NCBI GenBank assembly: GCA_050084985.1
Contig: JBITNC010000001.1
Location: 85,064,001-85,128,000 of the forward strand
Origin: Nageia nagi
Lineage: Eukaryota; Plantae; Pinophyta
Length of the DNA stretch: 64,000 nt
Reading direction: 5' to 3'
The translations under genes were made by a program, and so were the position numbers. Below the pieces are notes generated by a model. The model did not search any database, had not been told where the DNA came from, and worked only from the letters and a program-made list of their open reading frames with translations. Positions 54,101 to 64,000 of the stretch are shown here, piece by piece (position 1 is the first letter of the stretch; every line of letters begins with the position of its first letter).

Positions 54101-55679
54101 TCTTTTTATTTATAGGATGAAATAGTACACAATTTTGAAGTTTTAAAAGGCCCTCCAATAACCTTATACAAAATATTAAAATTAGCTCCTATGCTTAGAT
54201 ATATGCTTTTTTCTTCTTGTTCTCATGAAAACAAGGCTTAATTGCTTACTATTTTTCTCTTCCTCTTCACAAATGGTGGTAGAATGTTGTTCATTTCTTG
54301 TTTCAAAAATTTGCAAAAATTTTAAATGATTTTAATCTCTTCATCTAATACAAACTTATGGTCCTATTTATAGTACATATCATGCATGTCCATTTCCGGT
54401 TCAAAGAAGTCATTACCATTTTTACAATTCCTCAAAAAAGGTAGGTACATGAGAAGTTATAAAAGGCATATTACCATTACATAACTTCATGATACAAATA
54501 TGAAGTCATTTTTAAATGGAAAATATACTCATAAGAGTAAGAACAATAGGTAGTGGTGCCTTAATTAAAGTAAATAAAAAAGAGGAAATTGATCCTTAGG
54601 GAGAAAAGGTTTTTCAAAGCTTTTCAAGAGAACATTATACAAATCATTTGGAAGGCTATGAACATGGATTCAAAATGGTGGTGTTAATGGTTTATAAAGA
54701 AATTGAAAACACTATGAAGAAGGGAAAAATTTTAAATTTATTGAAAAAATTTTGAGGGCCAAAAATAGAGCTCTCCACGAAAATTTAGAAATACATCCTT
54801 TATTCATTATATCTTCACATCTATATCAAATGTTCACACTTCAATTTTAATCCATAATCATTATCATCCAAATATTTTTTAAGAAATGTTGTACTTGTTG
54901 AAATTATTTCTCTTATCTTTATTGCATTCATAGAGACATCAATAACAAATAAGAATATGACATGAATGGGATCTCGAATCTAGAAATACCATAATATGCA
55001 AAAATATTATATATTGGATATGTAAAACCCTTGTACATCTTCATACAAATATACGAATTAACAAGTTATATGAAAAGATGATCTTTCACTTGAGCAATAT
55101 GATGATTTATTCCTCATTCATTCTCCCTTTTCCAATTAATTAGCTTAACATGTTTAGAGTAACCAAATGCTTAGGTAATTAACATAAGAAAAGTTAAGTC
55201 TTTTGGGTGTAAATTAGGTCTTTAGGATTTACAATTAGATACTATAAATTTATGGTACCCTTATATTTATGTGTGAATTTTGGTCACCACTTCTTCATAG
55301 AATGATAGGAAATAAGAAATTAGTTATGCCAGAAGATGATTGAAGGAAATGGAGGGCATTAAAACAACATCATAATGTTACCATAAAACTAAAATTAAGA
55401 ATTTCATAAGTTTTATTGGAGTCATATCAAACCATCATCTTGTAAAAACTTAATCAAATACATTTTCAATGTATTATGCATCAATATTCATCAATCAATT
55501 ATAAAAACGTGTGTTCATATTAATCATGCATTATTCAATATACTTTTTGTAAAACTCAAATTTTTCAATGAAAATGAAAAAATCATAGTTTAAAAATTAT
55601 TTCTCATAAATACAAAAGTATTATCCAAATATACATCCTCAATGGACATGTGGTTGATTTTATATGTTACAAGCACATG

Positions 55680-56760
55680 CTAGAAAATAAACAACACTTA
55701 GTAATTATTTAAGAAAATGCTTATTGGAAAACATAATTTCATGGATTGTAGTGATCACAAGATATGCGAATTATGGAATTTGATTTTTATTGAATGTTGT
55801 GGTTATGAATTCAAGCTAGGATTTCTATCAAACATTATGGTTGTGAATGCCATTATAAATAAGTATGCAAATTAAAATAGGAATGAGGTACAAAAATATT
55901 ATTTTTGGTGGAGAAAATTATAGAATGAAAGTGTTTAACCATGATTTCTCATCAGAAAATCCTAAACTTATATGTATGCAAAATGTGTAAACATACATGC
56001 TAGGGTTTCATTGAATATTATGGAAAGAAACAACCTAAACCAACACAGCTTCATCAAATATTATGCTTATGAATGCAAGGAATTATTTTTTATCTAGTAA
56101 ATTTTTATCAAACGTTGTGGTTACATGATTATGGAAATGGGTTTTCTACATCATTTATTATTCTACATGTATGCAATATATCAAAAAATAAATAATACTT
56201 AATAATTATTTAAGAAGATCCATGATATAAAACATAATTTTATGGACTGCAATGATCATAAGATATGTGAATGATGGAACTAGGTTTTGATTGAATGTTA
56301 TGGTTGTGAACTAAATCTAGGGTACTTTTTATTGAATATTATGGTTGTGAATGCAATGATAAACAAGTATAAAAAATAAATAAGAACAAACCATAAACAT
56401 GTTACTTCTAGTGGAGAAAATTTTAGAGTAAAAGAATTTAAGCATTGTTGCTTATTTGAAAATCTAAGACTAATATGTATGTAAAATATGGAAATGGGTT
56501 TTCATTGACTATTGTTCTACATGTATGAAAAATATTGAAAAATAAACAACACCTTGGAATTATTAAAGAAAATGTATGATATAAAATACAATTTTATGGT
56601 CTATAATGATTACATAATATGTAAATTATGGAACTGAATTTTCATTGAATATTGTGGTTATCAATTAAAGATAGGGTTTTTATCAAGTATTATGGCTACA
56701 AATGACATAATAAGTAGTATACAAAAGAAAATAATATCAAGAAATAAATAACTTACTTCA
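55680..56760 (+). repeat. PPR-derived degenerate tandem repeat, ~3 units of 350-500 bp
   Basis: LFKKM..NIISW..ITRYA-type phrase at about 55707, 56208 and 56560. The adjacent 55620-55690 is the reverse complement of 29341-29405. Confidence 0.7.
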
Positions 56761-57228
56761 AGGAAATAAAATAGCATACTAAAATCAAAACAACTATTGC
56801 TTATGCGACTACTTTACAACATCAATGTAACTAGCAAAGATGATAATATGAAAAATATGGGATAAAATCCCTCTATTTTTCTTAAAATTCATGATAGGGG
56901 ATAATTTCCTTAATTTTATCTCTAAAACAAATTCAAAAATCATGTTAGGGTGTAAATGCCTTATGTTTAGCCCTGTAAACACAAGCATCTAACTCTCACA
57001 ATTAATGAGACATCAAATATAGTCTACCTCGTACAAAAAGCATGCAAGATGATATGATATTTAGGATAAACATATTATGTTTAATTTTTTAAATGACAAG
57101 CATTTAACCCTTGAATAGTTTAAAAGGGAAAATATGATATTATGTTGTACATTTGTGGTAATGTTGAATAGTTTGAAGTAAATACCTATCTTTCAAGAGT
57201 TAGTAAACATGTTACAATAGGAAGAAGT

Positions 57229-58239
57229 CGTAATATCCCCATTTTTATGGTGTTTTCCCCATATTTCCATTCGAAAATAGGAACAATTAGTTTTAAATAT
57301 TTTATTTAATTTTGATATTTTAATTATAATTTAGCCCATTAATTGGAAGTTCCACTTGGAGGATAATTAATTACTCCAATTATGGGATGTTGGGCCTATT
57401 TTAGTGCATTATGAGTAATTTTATATTTTAATATATCAATAAATACATAAAAAAAGGAAATTATTAATTATTAATTTAATATTAGTCACCTAATTTGGGA
57501 CATTGCATAATATGAGCCTTGATTATTGTAATATAGGTATTAAATTGGTATTTTTGTCATATTGCTACCCTTTAAAGGTAGAACATGACACCAAGGTGTT
57601 TACACATACTATGATGTACTAGAAGACTGTCACACTTGAACATGGGGAATGATAAGAGGAATGGTCTATTAAGATATGAAATTGGGTAATGAAGATACCC
57701 ATGTTTCCCTTGGAGGCTCTTAGCATGATGGTGAGTGTAGACCCAAAATAATGCATATAATTATTAATGGGGGCTAATTAATGCACTATTGGTATACTTT
57801 AGTTTTATTATCACATATATCTAAAATATGGCCATAATGAATAACAAAAATATACTTGTTTTTAATTATATCATATGTTCATTCTGTTAAGAGCAACATA
57901 CATAAAAGATGAGCATACATTCATTCAATTACACATCATTGGTGGCCTAAAAGAGGTACATCGCTAGCAACCTAAAATAAGCAATATAAAAAATACAATC
58001 AAGAATGTAGCAACAAGTGAACAAAAGAATCATCAGATAACAAACATGAGATGTAACTTATGAATATTATTTTTGCATAACAGAGTGATGTAAGATATGC
58101 TAGAATCTCTCTAGAATCCTCCTCATATTTATTTGCCTATAAAATTTAAATTCATCTTTTTATGCCTTTATATATGATATATGTTTTACATGAATTTGAT
58201 CTTTTTGACCCCTTGTACATATCACAAGGGTCCATTACA
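57229..58239 (+). mobile_element. Probable LTR, ~1 kb
   Basis: Termini (C)GTAATATCCCC...GGGTCCATTACA are imperfect inverted ends. Flanks match only 3/5. Confidence 0.5.
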
Positions 58240-58968
58240 TAAATTACATAGCTTTGGGTATTTTTAATCTCTTTTTACATAATACATCATTAAGGTTCTA
58301 AAATGATTTATCTAATAAATAATAATTCATTTTTATCCATCTACATTTTTCCCCTATTTGGAGGTGTGATTGAAGCAATGAAATTACATGTACAAAGAAG
58401 AAATGTAGAAGAAAACTTTTTGAGAACTTTGAACTCTTTGTTGCACTACCCCTTGTTAGAGATGATGAAGATGAGGGCTCCTTAATACCCCCTTTTAACT
58501 TGGATTCCCCAAGAAAGGTCCTTGTGCAACTAAGGCAAAACTTTGATGAAGAATCTCTCTCCAAGAATGATGTTGTGTAGATGATGGAAATGACTATGAT
58601 GACGTATGTGGATGGTCCCATATTCAATTTTGGAGAAAGAAGATGTGTTTTTTCCTCTTGAACTTATTCAACATTGAATGTGGTTGTTCCATAATTTTTG
58701 ATACTCAAGAACCATTCACACTTATGTCCATTCCTTAAAATAGAGAGGATCTACTTTGATTGAGATAAAATGATGATATAATGGACACCGTTGGTGGCAT
58801 AGGGAATAATGTGCAAATAGTTCATGGTATGGATTTTTCTATATTTTCTTCTTCTCTTCAAGATGTAGATACTTGGAATGAAGTGTTAGTAATAAAAATA
58901 GGGTGGATTTATAGTGAGTTGCATCATCTATTGATGATGATATAATGTCAACAATCTACTTAAAACTA

Positions 58969-59450
58969 CATCATTGATTTATCTTTTAAGTAAGTGAACT
59001 ATCACTAGTCCTATCGATGGCCATTGACGATCATACATTTTATGTCTATGATCTGAAGATAGTATGCTTTGGATTGGTTAAAATTAAAAATCATGTGGAT
59101 ACATAAAAAGTTGCATATTTCATTAGGAATGAGCCAATATTAATATTTTTCTTATGGTTGCATCATTGATTTATCTTTTAAGTGAGTGAACTCTCACTAG
59201 CCATGTCGTTGGCCATTGATGATCATACATCTTATGTTTATGATCTAAATACATTATTATTTGGGTTGGGTCAAATCAAAAACCATGTGGATACATAAAA
59301 ATTTATGTCATCCATTGTAAATGATCCAATTTCAACATCTTTCTCATGGCTACATCATTGGTTTACTTTTTAAGTGAGTGAAATCTCACTAGCCATGTCA
59401 TTGGCCATCGATGATCATATGTTTTATGTATATGATCCAAATATATTATA
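58969..59450. repeat. 192-bp tandem repeat (2.5 copies) in the 3' UTR of the minus-strand Tat/Ogre element
   Basis: CATCATTG unit starts at 58969, 59161 and 59353. Confidence 0.9.
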
Positions 59451-59639
59451 CTATCATTATTTTATTTTTCTTTTTTTTTATTTTTATTTTATTTTTCCAC
59501 ATCATTAGCATCATATGGATAGTCACATATGCCACTAGCATCATTAAATGCTTAGAATTTTGGAAAAATAAAAAAGTATGCATGCCCCTGCTCATGAATT
59601 TGGTGGTTTGTAGGGCACACATTTATCTTTTCTTAAGAA

Positions 59640-62600
59640 TATAAACATTTGAGATGGATGGTATTGAATTTATTTGGTTCTTAATTTCTATCCATGAATT
59701 ATAATCTATATGCTCCTGAACCTATTACTTCAATGACAATAAATGGGCCCAACCAATTAGGTTCAAATTTTCCTTTTGCTTTATCATTTGGTACTATCTT
59801 ATTTATGTTCTCTTTTAACACTAGATCTCACACTTGAAATTATTTTGCTTTGATGTTCTCACCAAATGCTCTTTTGCATTTTGCATGGTACACCTTTTGA
59901 TTTTCAATGGCTCTAATCCTTTTCTCATCTAACAATTCCAATTATTGCAATCTTACTTTTCTTGCATCTTCATCTGAAATATCATCTTGTAAGAAAATCC
60001 TACAAGAGGGGATTTCCAATTATAATAGGAAAATGGCTTCATCCCCATATACTAATGAAAATGGTGTTGCCCCAATGGCTATATGAATGCTAGTTCTATA
60101 TTCCCATAATGCATATGGTAATTGGTCATGCCAATCCTTCTTGTATTTATCTCATGTTTTGACAAGAATGCTCTTGATTATCTTATTTGTTGCTTTATCT
60201 TGACCATTTCCTTGAAGGTAATATACTGATAAAAATGTTTGTACAATTTCTTAAAAAAATACTTTCATGTCCTTACCTTTGAAATTTGGACCATTTTCCA
60301 TGATACACCAAACCTTGTGATGATGTTTTCAGTAAGGAATGCAATTATTTTGGCTTGAGTAATTGATTTCATTTGGACAAACTTGTGCCCTTCCCTGGAA
60401 TTAGAATTAATCATGCCAATCAAATCTATGCCCTAAGTAGCAAATGGCCATGGAGAAATAATAGAGTGCAATTCTTGTGTTGGTTGTTTTTCTAAATTTG
60501 CATATTTTTGGCATTGCAAAAATGTTTTTGCATGGTCTTTACAAGCTTCTTCCATAGTAGGCCAATAATAACCAATCCTCAAAATTTTTGTGTGTAGTAC
60601 CTTTGCATGAAAATGGCCACCACATAAACCATCATGAGCTTCTTCCAAGGTAGTAGCTATCTCATCTTGTGTTAGACATCTCAATAATGCACCATCAAAT
60701 GACCTCCTATATAAGACTTCTCCAATGATCACATATCTTACAATAGTTCTGTTCAACCTTAAGATTTCATTTCTATCAAATTTTTTAGGAATTATTTGAT
60801 TTTTCAAATGATTTTAGATATCAAAGTAATAATTCTTAAAATCATTTTCTTATATAATAAGACAAGTATTAATTTCATGCATATGATCCATGTAATAAGA
60901 AGATCTTAACTTACAAATTGTGAGGGTGGTTTCTTCATCTTCAATCTTAATTGGTGCTAAAGAGGATACACTTGCCATTGCATTTGCATACCTATTATTA
61001 GTTCTAGGAATATTTTGAATGGTGTATTTTTCAAATTGATCCAATAAATAAATCACCACAATTCTATAAGGCTTTAACTTTTCATTCTTATTATCAAAGA
61101 TATCTTATATTTATTTGACAACAAATTATAAATCCCCATATATCTCTATATCCTTGATTTTCAAATTTATAGCAACTTTTAATCCTAATATCAAAGCTTC
61201 ATATTCAACCATGTTGTTTTGCATTCAAACCCAAGTTTGTATGCCATAGGGATCACTTGATTTGTACAAGATACCAAAAAAATACCTACCCTTGATAAAA
61301 GAGAACATTTTGAACCATCAAAATATAGGGTCTAGATAATGGGCTTAGTTTTTGTGAGACATATTTACTCATCAAGGATCAATATCTCATCAAAGTCACG
61401 TAGTTGGTGGTCCTCTAGTAGGTATTCATGTTGCTGGTATCATGGTTCCTCTTGAAAGATGTATGAAAATTTGTCATGAACAACTACCTCTCTATCTTGA
61501 GGCAAATCAACTATCAAATCTACAATTGTTTTGCCTTTGATATATTTTTGCTTTACAACATTAATGTCAAATTCTTGCAACAATATTAGCCACTTTACAA
61601 GTCTACCTTATAGATGTTACTTAGCCATAAGATATTTTAGTGGATCAATAGGACTAACAAAATATGTAGTGCAATATAATAAATATTGCCTCAAATTTTT
61701 AGTAGTAAACATAATACCGTAGCAAATATTTTTCATAAGAGTGTCTCTATTCTCATAATCAATCAATGATTTACAAAACTTATTTGATATCCTAATATTT
61801 GATATCTAGTCCATATATTTGGTATTTGATATCTAGCTCAAAAATTATTTGATATTTGATATCTAGTCCATATATTTATCTCCAAGTTGTGAAATGAATC
61901 TTCTAACTAAATTTATTTTTTCTAGAAGGTTCCTTAATTATTTCAAAATTTGGGATAGTTTTCTATAAGTAACTCCAAATGCACATTTTTAAGGCTTGAG
62001 TCATAGTTTGTACCTTTTCAAAATAGTGAATATCTCTTCAAGCACTTATAGATGATCTTGTCCTTGCTTGGATTTGACTAGAATGTCATCAACATAATCC
62101 TCCATATTTTTATGAATATGCTCATGAAACATGATGACCACTACTCTTTAGTATGTAGCTCCTACATTTTTAAGTTCAAAAGGCATAACCTTCTAACAAA
62201 AATTATCCCAAGGGGTAGTAAAAGCTATTTTATGTTGGTCTACAGGGTTAATCAAAATTTGGTTATAGCTAGAAAATCAATCCATGAATGATATTGTATC
62301 ATGACCGACTATGCTATCTACAATCATATCAATATTTGGCAATGAAAAATCATATTTTGGATAAACATTATTGATATCATGAAAATCTATACATACCCAG
62401 ATCTCAGCACTTGGTTTGGAAATAGGGGTAATGTTAGCCATTCATTTAGAATAGTTAATTGGCTTTATGAATCTAGCATTCAAATATTTCTCAATTTCTT
62501 TCTTAACTATTAATTCTTTATAAGGATGCATCTTTCTAGGTTTTTGTTTGATTCTCTTAATGTCATCTTTCAATGATAGATTATGCATAACAAATAAAGG

Positions 62601-64000
62601 ATCTAAACCTGGCATATCATCATAAGAATAAGAAAAATTCTTAGAATACTCAATAAACTTATTTTTATACCTTTCTTATTGGAGAGGAGGTAGGTATACT
62701 CTAATTTGTATCAATCTCTCATCATCCAAAGTGCCAATATTGATGTGTATCAATTCCTCTTATTGAAATGTAAGGTCTTCTTTCTTTTGTAACAAGGATG
62801 GTAATTTTTCCATGCTTGGTACTTCATCTTTAGTTGAATCTAATGGTTGAACTTGCAATACTATATAAAAATTGATCCCTTGACCAAAATAAGCATATTC
62901 ATTAAGGATATAAGTTGCTTTTTGTTTCTCATTAGATTTGGGCAATTTTGAATGTGCCCCCAACTATTCAAGAAGATCATCATTAGTACTAAAATAGTCA
63001 AATTCAAGATGTATAGAATCATTAATCCATGTATCTATATCAATATCATCTAATAAATCTATAAAATTGCATTCTTTAACAAACTTAATGGGATTTCATT
63101 TTTATTTTACTTGACCATCACTACCCAAACTTGTTTTGGTCATTTGTGCTTTAGAATTATCAAGGAAAGAAGGCATTCCTTGTTCAATTTACCTAAGCCC
63201 CTATTTTTTATATTATCAATTTTGAACCATGTAATTATGCTCAAAAGAAGATGGAAATATCTTACCTAATTCAAAATATGATGGCATGTATATTGAGGAA
63301 GTTTGGTTTGATGTTTTAGATAGAGCATAGTAGGAGTAGTCACTATCTTCATCATTTTCATGTTATTGGTGGCTTGCTGGAAGAATGGCATGTCATTGGC
63401 AACCCTCAATAGCTAACATATTGGGCCATCCCAAGACTTGGACCTATTTTTATGTATTTTCCCCTAGTGTAGGATATTTCAAATTCTCTATCGCATATTA
63501 TGGTGGTAACATGGAAAAATATTCAAGATCATCAATATCACATAGTGCATATGGTTCAAGATCTCCCATGACTTTATGTACTTCATCTTGGAATTCAAGC
63601 TTCAATTTACCATGTAGTGTGGAAGGTATTACATCCATATCATGAATCCAAGGCCTCCCCAAAACCATGTTATATGATAATTTGGACTCTACAACCTAAA
63701 AGTTTGCTACTATAGTCCTAACACCTATAGTAATCATGATTGTAGCTATTCCCAATGATTTCTTTATTGAGCTATCATAGGCCCTAATCCTAAAAGTAGA
63801 TTTTCTAATGGAGGAATATCTACACCTTTCTCTTACAATTGAACCAAAAAATGATTAGAGAATACATTTATAGTTGATACATTATCTACCATTGTTCTTT
63901 TGACTTCCCATCCATCAACCATAGGTGTGATATATAAAAATGAACATTCATCTAGCAATTATTTATGGAGCATTTCAAATTTGTAAAAATAAATAACATC
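59640..64000 (-). mobile_element. Degenerate Ty3/Gypsy Tat-clade (Ogre/Retand architecture) pol, running off the window end
   Basis: Protease YNMVLGRPWIH..PSTLH (~63620-63675); RT MPFELKNVGATY..EDYVDDILV; RNase H; additional RNase H YFDGS..NMVEYEALILGL; integrase ORF 60433 AHDGLCGGHF..GYYWPTM. Related to 13225-17600 (shared LAPIxIEDEET). Confidence 0.93.

Overview
Very AT-rich, strongly CpG-depleted plant nuclear DNA; a conifer/gymnosperm is inferred from the LTR termini, Ogre-type elements and PLS-PPR wording, not proven. The only intact gene is an intronless carboxylesterase (CXE; 40553-41536, +) in a ~2 kb CpG-retaining island. The rest is nested, decayed transposons: two near-complete Ty1/Copia elements, two Tat/Ogre-type Ty3 elements with an extra RNase H, gag fragments, solo LTRs (two of one family with perfect 5-bp TSDs), a Harbinger/Tourist-type MITE (one full, one partial copy), a CACTA end with telomere-like repeats, and LINE fragments. 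Three things stand out. (1) A ~20 kb block (20540-40328) is bounded by long inverted arms built partly from PLS-class PPR gene fragments (Pack-MULE-like); its right end lies ~225 bp upstream of the CXE ATG and escaped CpG decay. (2) Inside it, a ~340-bp 'satellite' resolves into alternating 75-nt and 60-nt phase-0 exons with GT-AG introns. (3) PPR-derived motifs are amplified as repeats at several sites. All alignments and translations were done by eye, so coordinates of degenerate features are approximate.
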